A stretch of 64,000 nucleotides of DNA from Raillietiella orientalis (taxonomy: Eukaryota). Position 1 is the first letter of the stretch. Every line of letters begins with the position of its first letter. The DNA is taken from positions 62,001 through 126,000 of the forward strand of contig JAYWIR010000076.1 in assembly GCA_036172245.1 (NCBI GenBank). Reading direction: 5' to 3'. Below, piece by piece: positions 1 through 12,537 of the stretch. The translations under genes and the position numbers were made by a program. Below the pieces are notes generated by a model, which made no database searches, had not been told where the DNA came from, and worked only from the letters and a program-made list of their open reading frames with translations.

Positions 1-652
1 GCCCGAACCCATGGAGGTGGGCGAACAGGTAGGCGCGACTCCACCTGCGGGTGATCCGGCCGACCCGCCGGAACGGTTGGAGGGGGAATAACGGGTGCCT
101 TCAGTACCTGTCCCCCCTCCCCCTCCAACTAGCGTCCCGCCCTAGCAGGTGGCGGACGCCGCATCACCGTTTTCCCAGGACTACCACCTGGGCTCGCCAG
201 TCGCCGTCGGATTTGCGCGGCCTATTGGAATGTCAACGGGCTGCGCGACGACGGCAACAGGAGACATACGGCCGACACCCTGCGTGAGCTCGACCTGGCG
301 CTGCTGCAGGAGATCCACGTGATCTCGGCGGCGGATGTCCAGAAAACAGAGACCATCGCGGGGGGTCGGCTGTACTGGCAATGCGGCTGCCGCAACACCT
401 GCAGGGTCGCGTTCTTCGTGAAGCCTGCCATCGACGCTGCCGTAAAGGGCATGCGGTTCGATGACGACGGTCGGATCGGCCAGATGATTCTCAGCTGGTC
501 CGACTCGATCGACCTAATCCTCACAAACGTGTATGGCCCCAGCGGCAAACAGGGGTACCGCGACCGCACCAAATTGCTGGAAACCCTGAAGCGCAACTGG
601 CTGGCGGATACCAATGTGCGAAAGGCTCACCTGATAGCGAGAGATTTCAATC
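1..652 (+). mobile_element. L1/Tx1-like element, subfamily B: ORF1 C-terminus and endonuclease N-half, interrupted by the insertion at 653
   Basis: Colinear with about 41180-41829; WNVNG, LQE and NVYGP motifs; breaks at the (G)DFN codons and resumes at 5517. Confidence 0.9.
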
Positions 653-656
653 GAGT

Positions 657-670
657 GCGGACGTGTTTTT
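657..670 (+). promoter_or_regulatory. Conserved 5' motif GCGGACGTGTTTTT, putative internal promoter element
   Basis: Recurs near the 5' ends at 11558-11570(-), 29269-29280(-), 38131-38142, 39528-39539, 55876-55888(-) and 60750-60760. Confidence 0.6.
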
Positions 671-730
671 CTTCGCTCTCGTCTCCGTGCTTTCATCCGC
701 TTCATCTTGGCGTCGTACATTTTGACGACG

Positions 731-2655
731 ATGTCGAACCAACCCGGAGCTACTGAAGTTGGAGGAACAGCATCCGGATCTGCAATCGCGGAACCGACGG
801 CCGCCTCCACTTCGTCTTTCTCGCCAATGGAGAGGAGTTTTGCTGACGTTGCTGCCACAGCAGCCGTCAAAGGGAAACCACTCGACGAGTCGGAGTTGCG
901 GGAATACCTAGCCCAAGGCTATAGACCTGCTCTCCGATATAAGGTGAGTGGTTTTCTTTCTGCGCGCGACGGGAATCAGTTCAACGGTGAACTGACCCGT
1001 GTTGGCGTGCGGGAGTACGACCTCCTCGCCATTATGCCCGTGAAGGATATGATCTATTTCAAGGTGCGTTGCAAAGACGCTGCACTTGTGCAACGCTTGC
1101 TGCGCACCCCGTTGTCGATACGTGGCCAGAAGTTCTTCCCGGCCTCCATGGACGACTCATTTGTGGCGGAGATTTTCGACATCGAGTCGGAAATCTCCGA
1201 TATTGATATTCGGAATGCGTTGGCGAAATTCGCCACGGTCCATGCGCTGTGGAGGGTGCGTAGCAACCTCAAGGACTTCCCGTCCATACACAGCGGAAGT
1301 CGCTGGAGTCCGGCTTACAATGCCGGACCGCCGTCTGCTACCCACCAAACTACAGGTGAAAGACACGGTCGTTCGCCTGCGGTCCGCGGGCAAAGTAAGA
1401 ACGTGCGAGCAATGAGGGAAAAAGGGGCATTGTTTGGATAAATGCCCCTCTGGAAAATGCCGTTATTGCAAACTATCCGGACACCAATTGAAAAATTCCC
1501 CGGATCTTTTGCGAAAAAAGGCAGCCGCGGAGATCCATCTTAAAAAACAAAGCGCGGATAAAAAAAAAAAATCTGCGAAAAACCTGGAGACCCTACGGCA
1601 CAAATTCCGTAAAAACGCGAAGCGGAATGTCGCCCCAAAGCAGCAGGATAACTCATACGCAAAGCCCTGCGCGCCCCCTCTCGCGGCAGGGAAGCCGCAA
1701 AAGAAAGGGTGCGGGGAATCCGGGGCAATGGTAAGTCCCCCTTATGCGCAATCGCTGTCCTTCGCAAGCACGCCCGGCTCTCTCGGAGTTCGAGCAACCG
1801 GCGGGGACGCCAATGGACAACGGCGGTAAGGACACTTCCAGTACCGTCAGATCCATTCCTTCACCTCCTGCAGTGGCTGAGAAGCCCAAATCAAGTAAGA
1901 AGGGTTGTGCCGTGTCGACTTCGAAAGTCGGCAAAAAAGAATCCGCGTCGCGATCCAACATCGCGAAAGCGGAGAAAAATCTCACGCCGTCGCAGTCGGA
2001 GAGCAAGCTCTCGACTGGCGCGGATGCCATGCCAACGAAGGCAGTAAAAGCCCTTCCGAAGGCAGCGTCCATGACGAGCGTGTCGAAGCCATCGAAAGTG
2101 CTCCCGTTTAAAGACGCGGATGGCTTCAAAGATGGCAATGGAGCACAATCTCCATTTACGGCGCCACGCGAAGTGAGGAACCGTAATGAAGTAAAGAAGA
2201 CTTCAGCAAAGGTCCCTCGTGCAACTGCGCGTGAGCACGCTGAAAACGCGCGCGCCGGGAAAGCAGCCGTCACCAAAAGCGATGCTCTGGTGACGGAAAA
2301 CGACAACAGCTTAGCTGTCAATCCAGCAGAACCTGTCACTGCTTCGCGGAAGGCCGAAACCCGATCTAACATGAGCCGGTCGGACTCCGAAACGGATGCC
2401 GTTCCGATCACCGAGACGAGGACAACTCTTTGAAGAGCGTGTGCGCGCCGATCAAAAGTAGGCAGCCAGGCAACGCTCGCCACGAAGCAACGCGAAGTCT
2501 CCACGAAACCCGACGGGGTTAAGCCTGGCGTGGAGGCATTACATGCATGCAGCACGACGGAGGACGGTGGCGACCTTCCCCTCCAGCCAGTCGTGCTGCT
2601 CGCCGTCTGCTCGCCGGATAAAGCGAGCAAAAAGCCGTTACCTTCCCAGCAGTAA
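731..2655 (+). pseudogene. ORF1 gag-like nucleic-acid-binding protein (frameshifted)
   Basis: Pieces 707-1441, 1434-1829 and 1744-2433; knuckle remnants CEQ*GKKGHCLDKC and CRYCKLSGHQLKNS; ends in a TAATG overlap. Confidence 0.8.
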
Positions 2656-5203
2656 TGCGGGGAATCGCGTCTTCTTGTCGTCTGTCCGTAACGTGTTGGA
2701 ACGTGAACGGACTACAGAACGACGAGAAGAGGCGATTAGTAGCCAACGCCCTGCGCCCCTTCGAGCTCGCGCTGCTGCAGGAGATTCACGTAATCTCCGA
2801 TGAGCAGGCAGCCGAAATCGAGGAGCGCGCAGGCGGAACGCTACATTGGCGGTGCGGCGGCGCACACACGTGCGGCGTCGCGTTTCTGGTAAGAGGAAAA
2901 ATGGCGGAAGCGGTGCGTACTGTTCGTTTCGATGACGACGGACGGATAGGCCAGCTTGTCATCAAGTGGTCCGAGTCCATCGATCTCGTCGTTACGAACG
3001 TCTACGCGCCGAGTGGCTCTCGCTACCTCGAAGAAAGGGTAGCTTTCTTTGGTGTGGTGCAGAGCCACTGGCTCAACAACTCCGGCTTCCAAGTGGCGCA
3101 CCTCGTCGCTGGGGTCTTCAACGTCCGCCTGCTCTTCGACGATTGGAGCCGCCCGAGGGAGCGCGCGCTGCCCATCGAGATGTGCGCGTCCGTGCACGCC
3201 GCCAACTTGATGGTCAGCAAAACTGGAATGAAAAGATCACTCGATCACGTTTTCCTCGATAAAAACCTGCATTCGCGTGTGGGTTGGAGAGGATGATTGT
3301 TGACTAGGCTTTCTGACCACCACATGTTGGAGTTTGAGATCCTTCCGCCAGGCAGGAAGCGTCCGTTGCAAAACTGGAGGATGCAGGCGGATTGGCTTAG
3401 CCAACCGGAGGCTGCGGAGCATCTACGTTGATACCTCCGAGGCTTTGTCATTCAAGAACTTGCGGACTGGGACGATCTCAAAAGTTCTGTCCGCGAGTTC
3501 TGCTGCCAATTCCCCTTGCACCGGCTTCCACGCGGTTTCGTAGAGGGCGTGGCCAACAGTAGAGACTTTCTGCAGGCCCGCACGTCTTCAGGACGCGTGG
3601 ATGTCGTGCGTCTCGCAGAGTACAAGGCGAGGGCCGAGCGCTAGGTCTGGCAGTCCGGAGCAGCATGCCTGTTGGACGACAAGGGCCAGGAATGTTCGGT
3701 CCCAGCTGAAGTACGCCGCATTGTGAGACGCTACTTATCCTCTCTGTACGCGGAATCCCCGACGGAAGATATTCTTTCTGAGATACTCCTGTCTCAGTAT
3801 GCTCGTGTTGTCGGCGAGGAGGAACGCGAACGTCTCAACGAGCCCTTCACGGCGGACGAATTTTCGTCCGCCATCGCTGGGCTGAAGAGACGAAAGGTAC
3901 CAGGGGAGGATGGGCTCCCTGCAGAGTTTTATCAGTGCTTTGCAGTGGAGCTCATTCCATTGATGCTGAAACTCGCGACGCTGATGGGTGAATCCGGGAA
4001 TATCCCGGATTCCTTCCGCTCAGCGAACGTGCGTCTCCTGCCGAAAGGCGGAGACTTGCGTCAACTTAACAACTGGCGTCCGATCACCTTGGTGAACTCG
4101 GACGTCAAGTTGTTTTCCAACCTGTGGTTCGCGCGGTTAGGAAGTATCGCGGAATCTGTGGTGAGCCCGGAACACACCTACGCGGTTCCGGGACGTTCCA
4201 TGGAGGCAAACATCCTTTTCGCGCGTACATGGATGCAGCTGCAGGAAGTTGTGGCGCAGCAAAGCCAGGCTGCTACGAAAGTCACTGCCGCAGGAAAGAA
4301 GAACAGGCGCCGATGGCAGGAGGGAACGCCAGGTGCCTTGGCGGTCGCGGTCGATCTCCACAAGGCGTCGACTGCTTAAACCAGAAGCTGCTTTTGCAGC
4401 TTAAGGAACGTCTTGGGTTCCCGGCGAAACTCCTGCTGTATTTGGACCTCCACCAGGACGAGGTGAAGTTTTCTACCCTGGCTGCCACGCTTCTTGCCGC
4501 AGCGCTGTCTGCCCTCAGGTCAAGAAACGACAGTTACCAACCGGCAAGGTGGGAGGTTTCCTGCACGATAGCGGGAAAAACCAAACTCCTTGGCGCCTGG
4601 AAGACGAGTGAGTTGGCGGACGCCGCCACTCCTCGTGTTACTGCAAAGGGACTCCTCCGGTGGGCAGAAGAACTTGCTGTCACCCCCGAAGAACTTGTAG
4701 TCCCTCCACAGTGTATTGACAGTTCGCTGCTCCCCCTTGCTTGGAAACAAGCCGTGGTGCTTTTCGTTCACTGGGGTTTTCAGTGCAACGAGAGGTGGTA
4801 TCTTGACTCCGGGGGACTTGCGTTTGCGAACTGCGTTCAGTGCGGATAGACGGAGTCGATTCCGCACCTACTTCTGGACTGCGGTGTCCTACAAGGACTG
4901 TGGCGTAGGCTGGCAACAGCACTAATGCATCCCGTGGACACCGCAAGAGACTTGTTGCGACGATTCTTCACGCCGAGCGGGCTGTCACTAAGCGCAAGGA
5001 TTCCAACCATCGGGTGCATACGCGCGATAGTTTCAGTCCGCCAGGCGTTGCTAATCAACGGACAGCACCAAGAGGTAATCAGCAAAGCATCCTTCTACAT
5101 GGGAGCATCCGCTAGATGGCCTCATTTGACAGAGGAGACAAAAAGGAATCTCCCCGCAATATACCGCCGGTTTACACACGCTCAGCAGCGGCCAACCCGG
5201 TGA
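2655..5203 (+). pseudogene. ORF2 endonuclease/RT, disrupted; the RT segment containing YADD is deleted near 4445
   Basis: WNVNG, LQE, NVYAP, LDHVF, SDH, PGEDG, WRPITL and DLHKA motifs, then a jump to the C-terminal region with the CVQCG finger. Confidence 0.85.
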
Positions 5204-5516
5204 TCATTGCCCTACCCTCCACAAACTAATTTTGTATTTTCTTTTTACACCCGCGTCCCCATAGGCTCCGGAACATTTCAGGTGCTCATCGTTTAAATCC
5301 CCGTGGGTACGGAGCCTAACCAAAAACCCGTTACCCTTCCCTCCAGTTTTTGATTTTTGTTTGTTTCCCTTCATTCCTCCCACGCTGCCAGCGGTTTGTT
5401 TACCAGGCCTGCGTGCCGGTGCTTTTTCTATGTTCTTTGTCGTACTGTTGCTTGGGAACATTGTCCCTGACCAGTTTATTATTATTATTAAACTCCCCGG
5501 CGTGACCTTGTAATAA

Positions 5517-5901
5517 ATTTCAATCTCCGCCTGCTAACAGGTAAGCCAGAAACACAAGAGAACGCGATGAACAAGTTGTGCGCCGCCATGCGTGCGCGCA
5601 ACTCGTTCGCGGGTGAGACGGGAATGGTCCGCAGCATCGACCACGTCTTCCTCGACGCTGACCTGTGTTCACGGGTCGGCAAACGGGGGAAGATTGCCTC
5701 GACGCTGTCGGACCATTCCCGGATAATTTTCGAGGTGCCGCCTCGGGACAAGTGACCGCCATCCAGGGACTTACGTCTCCCCGGGTACTGGACGCGACTC
5801 TCAGGTGCAAAGGTACACCTTCGCGAATACCTGATAGGCGTCACGCTCCGGAATCTCCATTGAAACCCGGTTCGTGGAACGTCTTCCGCCGGGATTCGGT
5901 G
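5517..5901 (+). mobile_element. Continuation of the subfamily B element (endonuclease C-half), ending at the 'GFG' junction
   Basis: Colinear with 41821-42244 apart from a short deletion; IDHVF and SDH motifs. Confidence 0.9.
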
Positions 5902-6106
5902 TTATCACCCGGGTACGCCCGGGGCGTTTATTAATAAACTTTACATGCGTGGTACAAGGCCCCACCACGGCCGTAAACACAGGACCTGTCGGGACACCGG
6001 GACGCAGTCCGGCGTGGCACTCCCCGACAGCGAAGGGGGATGGGGATAAGACAAAAAGTAAAATAAAAAGAAACAAACAAAACGAAGTTGGAGGGCAGGG
6101 AAGGGA

Positions 6107-9100
6107 TCACTGTTCGCTGTGGAGAGGGCCCATCCGTCGAAGGAAGCCCTTGAGGTCAGTCCTCATATTCCCCAGTTGGGGCCATCCGGCAGCTCTTCGC
6201 AAGAAGCGTTGGGCATATGGGATGACATCCCTCGCGTGTTGACCCACTCCTTCCTTGTTGGTGTCGCTTCATGCCGCCACGATGCCTCGGACGCAGCACA
6301 AGGTTGCAAGGGCTGCGGCTGCCTGCAGGGCGTCCTTCACGAAGAGGGGCCGAAGAACGTCTCTGAGGGTGGTGCCCGTAGGGAGCCCGTAGGGAGCCCT
6401 CCGACCATTTTGGGAACGGTCGTCCCGAACCGTTCCCAAAATGGTCGGAGGGCAGCACAATCCACAATAAGGTGGGAGATTGATTCCCGCTCCCCGCACC
6501 TGGCATACGCAGAATCCACAGCTCCCCTCGTCCAGTGCTAGCGGCTCGCGTTGAAGGGTAGACCCCAGTGCAACAGGAGCAACGCCGACTCTTTCCACTT
6601 AAGAGGCAGGATCCTGGATTCCTGAAGAAGCGGGGGCCAATTCAGCACATCCATAGGGATGGCCAGCAGCTCGCCCCATCTTCTTAGTCCTCGCGGCTGG
6701 ACGCTCGGGGTCGTGGCGTTTGCCAGTTCTCCTGTTGTCCAGCCGCTGATCAACTTTTCGCGTCCCTCGATGCAGCAGGAGACTTGCCACCTTGGCGTCC
6801 GGCTGCTGTGAAGTGCCCTCTTCAGGAATTGCAGCGCCGTAGCTAGACAGGTCGTCTCTGCCCACGTGCATCTTGCTGGACTCTCCAGGAGATTCCGCAG
6901 CGTGCAGCGGGCGTAGGGGCTGCATCGGAGACGATTCCACGTCTCGTGGCTTGTCTTGTTAACCACTGCCCACGTTCCAATATTTTCCTCCAGCCAGGCG
7001 GGGGAGTTGGCGGGGCAGCAAACCATCCAGCTGTTCTCCTCGGCCAATGTTGCCATGCGCCCGAGCAGTAGGCCGCATCTTCGCATCTTCCGGCCACGGC
7101 TGAGAAGAAAAGACGCGAGTCCATCGCACAGGGACACACGGCTGGCCAGGAGGCGGGCTGGAGTGCACCAAGGGGTGCACCACATCTTCACTGCGATGGC
7201 GAGGGTTCGCCACCGCAGCTGCTTCTCCACGCGCTCCACCGTCAGGAGGCCAAGACCGCCGTCCCGACGCGGAGCGCACAAGTCCTTCAGTGGGAATCGC
7301 GGCCTCCCCTTGCCCCAAAGGGCGATACGGAGGAGGTCCTTCGTCCTCTTCTTGGATTCCACGGTGGGAGGGCAAACAAAAAGCAAGGGGCGGAGGATGG
7401 GGGCCGCGAAGGCGTTCCAAACCGCGGCCCGTTCCGGCAAGTGGAACTTGCCTTCCAGGAACGGGCCGATCGCCGTCTCGACTTCTTGGAGGCAGCTGGA
7501 CCACGCTTCCGCAGGGGAGTAGTCCCTCAACGGCACACCAAGGTACTTGAAGCACCTCGCCGTGGGGATCCCCAGACGGACCCAGTCCTGCTGCCCTGCC
7601 CACGCCGCACCTGTTGGCACAACCGACGACTTCGCCCTGTTAATCTGCAGTCCGGTCCCGCGGCTGAGCAGATCGAAGAAGTCTCCGACCGCCTTTGCCG
7701 GGGTGGACATTGACAACAAGAGCAGAAGATCGTCGGCGTACGCTGCTACGGCGGGCGTCCCGGGGCACGAGCTCGGCAAGGGGGCCAAAGTCACCCTCTA
7801 CGCTCTCAGCACCAACTCAAAGTAGGTGCTAAAGTGCAGGGGGCTGAGGCTGTCGCTCTGCCTTATGCCTTGCCGCACCGGCACGCCATACACCTTTTGT
7901 CCACTGAAAGAAATTGAGATTATCGCGTTCCGCCAGCAAGAGCGCAGGTAGGTAATCAAGGAGTGTGGGAAGCCCATGCGACCCAGAAGCTCCAAGAGGA
8001 GTTCCTGGTCAACACAGTCGAATGCCTTATGGAGGTCGACTGCGATCGCTAAGGCCCCCTTCCCGCATGAGGGTCCCTTCCCTGTCCCACTGGCGGCCCC
8101 AAAGTAGGGTTGCAAATTTTCCCTTTCCCTTCTTTCTTACTCCGCTGCGCGTGAATCCATGTGCTCGCGAAGAAGAGGTTGTCCTCCATACTTCGCCCGG
8201 GAACAGGGTACGTCTGCTCCGGGCTAATTATGGAATTGGACACCTGCCCCAATCGCGAAGCCCACAGCCCGGCAATTAACTTGGCGTCCGTGTTCACAAT
8301 CGTGATCGGACGCCAGTTGCAAAGTTTTCTGAGGTCTCCTCCCTTCGGGAGGAGCCTCACCGTGACTGACCGAAACGAGGAGGGAACATCGCCTTCGTCC
8401 CGGATTCGCCTTGTCAGCTCGAGCACCAAAGGGGCCACCTCTTCCGCGAAACTCTGAAAGAACTCCGCAGGCAAGCCGTCCTCCCCTGACGCCTTACGCC
8501 TCTTGAGCCTTTAGATATAGGCGAGAATTTCACCGGTCGTGAAAGGCTCATCGAGGTTTTCTCTCTCCTCCTCCCCTATCGCCACGGAACCACTCATGAG
8601 CAATCGCCGCGAGGCGTCATGTTCCGGTGGTGTTTTGGCGTAAAGGGAGGAAGAAAAACACCGCACGAGATTCCGTACCGCACACGGGGACGAACGCTCC
8701 CGGCCCATGTCATCCAGCATGCTGGCTGACCCGGATTGCCAGGCTTGTCGCTCGGCTCCGGCGCGGTATTCGGCCAGGCGACGGACATTAGGGTTCCTCT
8801 CGTGACGACGCGCGTGCAAATACGCGCGTTCGTTGCGAGCCTTTTCGCCGAATCCCTGGGGCAGACGTTGCACAGGGAACTGTTCGCAGAACTCCCGGAC
8901 CGAGTCCTTAAATAGGTCCCAATCCGCGAGACTCTGGAGGGTGACGCCTCGCAGGAATTCGCGAAGATGTTCTTCCGCTCCTGACAGGCTCGTCCAGTCC
9001 CCTAACATACGCCAATCCCTGGATGGCGGTCCCTTGTCGCGCGGGCGCATCTCGAAAACTAACCGGGAATGGTCCAACAGCGTCGATCCAAGTGTCCCTC

Positions 9101-9726
9101 GTTTTCCGACCCGTGTGCACAGGTCTTCGTCGAGGAAGACGTGGTCCACGCTGCTGACCATCCCGCTTATTTCTGTCAACAAGTTGCGCGCGCGCATGGC
9201 GGCGCACAACTCGTTGATCGCGTTACTCTGTGCTCCGGGCTGATGTGAGAGCCCACGGACGTTGAAATCCCCTGCTATCAGACGCCTTTCGCACGTCCGC
9301 GTCCACCAGCTATTCGCGCTTCAAGGTTTCCAGTAACGCGTTGCGCTGCTGGTATCCCTGTTTACCGCTAGGAGCGTACACATTGGTGACGATAAGGTCG
9401 ATCGAATCGGACCATCTGAGAATCAGTTGGCCGATCCGTCCGTCGTCCCCAAAGCGCACGCCCTTCACGGCCGCGTTAATGGCTGGCTTTAGGAAGAACG
9501 CGACCCCACAAGTGTTGCGGGCGCCGCATCGCCAGTACAACCAGCCTCCCGCAATCGTTTCGATCTCCTGGGCGTCTTTTGCGGTGATCACGTGGATCTC
9601 CTGCAAAAGTACCAGGTCGAAATCTCGCTAAAAGGCGGCTGTATCTCGTCTGTTTCCGTCCTCGCGCAGCCCGTTAACATTCCAACTGGCCGCGCGGATC
9701 CGACGGCGACAGGCGAGTCCAGGTGT
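6107..9726 (-). pseudogene. ORF2 endonuclease/RT/Cys-His finger (several stops and frameshifts)
   Basis: ORF pieces with LQEIH, NVYAP, VDHVF, WRPITI, DLHKAFD, RQSDSLSP and AYADD. Confidence 0.9.
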
Positions 9727-11476
9727 TATTCCTGGAAACCTGACGGTGGAGCTCCCGCCAGCTTTTTGGGCGGGTCGCTGCACGGGGTTGGCGTCTTGCC
9801 CACCAACTCCCCATCCTTCTTTCGTGCCGACATCTCCGGCTGCCCGTGCGAAGGGGGTGTTGTTCGTACCTGTTGGCCCACATCCATTGGTGCGGGTGGT
9901 TCAGGTTCGGCGGTTTCAGAGGTCATTGCTGACCCCTGGTTACTCTCCTCCATCGGATTCGCCTCCTCGTCGGCTTCCGCACGTGGGTGATGCCCGACTT
10001 GGGCTCCCACGCTGCCATCCACTGGTTCCTCCACCATTGGATCCCCCTCGCGCGGAGGCGCAATGCACCTTCGGGGTTTCTGGGATTTTCGCCCCGCTTT
10101 CCTTGGTGGTGCTTCCGCAGAGGAGGATGCACTTCCGGCTTCCCGGTCCGACTCACCTGCGGGGGCCACTTTAGCCGCTGCCGGCCTACGCAACCCCTTT
10201 CGCGAAGGGTTCTCGCGTTCGGCAAGCGTTCCCGCAAGTTCCTCGGCGGCCTTCTCGAAGGCTGCGTCCTTGGTTTCGGCGATTTTGTCGACCGGCTGAC
10301 CCTCTTCGCAAACGGGGGGTGGGTTTTTGTGCGCATTCGTCGGGGCGGGAAAATCGATCGAAGCCGTATCGCCTCCGGTGGTGTCCGCGGGAATTTCAAT
10401 GCGCTCCAGCGTAACCGTGCATTCTCGGAAAGTTTTTACGTGCGACACGGATTGAGCTTTTGTTCCGGCCGCCGCCTTCTCTCCTTTCTTCAGGACATGC
10501 TTGCCCTTTTTCTCTTTTTAAGGTTTGAATAGCTGCCAGCCATGTTTTCCCTCTGCGGTTTCGGGAAGATTTTTCTCCGATGCCGCGCTTGGAGCTTGGG
10601 TTATTGGCAGCTTTTCTCGGTTAGTTTCACGGTTTTCTAATTTTTCTTTCCCCGCGCGTTTCGCTTGCGTCTTTTTGGCGGCCGAGGAAATTGGGGTGGG
10701 GCGTTTAGGGCACACGCGACGGACGTGTCCCTTCTCCCCGCACAAGTAGCATACGATGTTCGGGCACCTCTTACGAATGTGTCCGACCGCATCGCAGTAG
10801 CCGCAATACCGTGGCTTGCCAGCATACCAGAGGTCTACTGGTTCTCCCGCGACCTAAAGTTTGTGGGGTAGCTTCGCTTTGTTTTTTGGGGTGACGCGTG
10901 CCGAGCGAGGCCCCCGAAGTGGCGTCCGTAGCCCTGAAAGATTGTGTGCTACGGCCACAGCGCGTGTACGTCCCCGTACTTACTTAGTTCTGCTTTTACG
11001 GCAGTGCGCGTCATGCGCTTGGATATTCCTGACAAGTGGACCACCACCGAGTGGTCCATTGACACCGGGAAGATCTTACGGCTGTCCATGATCAGCGGGG
11101 TATTTATGAGGCGAACGGCTAGGCTGATGCTCTTGCACACAAGCTCAACCCGCTGCGCCCAGCTGAGCACGCACAGACCTTCCAGATCTTCCTCACGGAT
11201 ATTAGCATTTTGAAGCGCTCTGCTGAAAGAGCGCGCCGTGTTTCCTTCAAACAAAGGGCCTACCTTGTATACAAGCGATGGCTTCTATTCAGAAGCCCGA
11301 TAGGCGGCTTCCTCGGCCATAGCCTCCGCACTGAGGGCGGCGACCATTTCACTCCAAGTCTTCGCCGTCTGCGAAGACGTTCCAGGGACTATTGCCCCTA
11401 TAGCTGTAGGTCTCGTGGTAGGACTTGCCTCTTCCACAACTACATCCATCGCGGTGTCCTCTGGCACGGCTGCCAT
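9726..11476 (-). pseudogene. ORF1 gag-like protein (disrupted)
   Basis: Starts MAAVPEDTAM; knuckle CYLCGEKGHVRRVC; Pro/Glu-rich C-terminus ending GFQE*. Confidence 0.85.
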
Positions 11477-11589
11477 CGGACACCGACGACCCACACTTTA
11501 CACTTGACTACACTAAAAACTCCGGTTGCTTCCCAGACAAGCGCTGGCGGAGCGCCTAAAACACACGTCCACCCACACCAGGTTTCAGG

Positions 11590-12537
11590 TTGGCGGAACA
11601 GTTTACAATGACGGAGATCATCTCCGCCATCAGCAGGCTTAAGATTAGGAAGACACCAGGGGAGGACGGACTGCCCGCGGAGTTTTACAAACACTTCGCG
11701 CCAGAGCTTCCCCCCCTGATGGTAAGAATAAGCACGCTGATCCTCGAACACGGCGAAGTTCCCGCCTCGTTGCGGTTAGCAAAAGTACGTCTCCTGCCGA
11801 AGTCAGGAGACTAACGCAACATTGGAAACTGGCGTTCCTTCACAGTAGTGAATGCGGACGCAAAGTTGTATGTCAAGTTGTGGGCTGAGCGTTTGGGTCA
11901 AGTGGCCGCTTCCGTGGTGAGTCCCGAAAAGACCTACGCTGCTCCCGGACGAACCATGGATGCCAACCTGCTCCTCGCCAGCTCATGGTGGCAGTTGCAA
12001 CAACGCGTTGCACAGGATGGTCAAGGGAGCCTCGCACTCCCCTCTGACCAAGAAGACCAAGCAAAGGGTGGGATGGACTCGCCGGGAGCCTTTGCCGTCG
12101 CGGTCGATTTCCAGAAAGCATTCGACAGTGTCGACCAGGATCTCCTTCTCGAGCTCCTGTAACGCATGGGTTTCCCGGCCGTGCTCCAGTCTAACCTGCG
12201 ATCCTGCTGGCGCATCGCGTATATCAATATTGGTCCCAGCGGCCGGCACGTGTACGGCGTGCCAGTGAGACGCGGCATCCTGCAGGGTGACAGCCTGAGC
12301 CCCTTGCTCTTCAGCATCTACTTCGAGTTGGTGCTAAGGGCATACAGGGTAACTCTGGCAACTCTGCCGAGCTCGTGTGGCGGCACACCTTTTGTGTCGG
12401 CCTACGCAGACGATCCTCTGCTGCTGCTTCCCGGGTCCATACCGGCGAGTGCGCTCGAGGAATTCTTCGAGTTGCTGCGCCGTGGGACGGGCCTGGAGGT
12501 GAACAGGGCGAAGTCGTCTATGGTGTATGTTGGCTCG
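11590..12537 (+). mobile_element. Internal RT fragment of an L1/Tx1-like element, truncated at both ends
   Basis: PGEDG, DFQKAFD, QGDSLSP and AYADD; the RT sequence restarts at about 12538. Confidence 0.85.

Larger units (their letters stand above)
653..5516 (+). mobile_element. L1/Tx1-like element, subfamily F, both ends present, with an internal RT deletion
   Basis: 9-bp TSD ATTTCAATC at 644-652 and 5517-5525; 5' GCGGACGTG motif; ORF1 and ORF2 remnants; T-rich 3' UTR. Confidence 0.9.
5902..11577 (-). mobile_element. Full-length (about 5.7 kb) L1/Tx1-like element, subfamily C
   Basis: 5' end matches 49367 onward; ORF1, ORF2, structured 3' UTR, and AATAAA plus terminal hairpin at 5902-5932. 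Confidence 0.92.
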
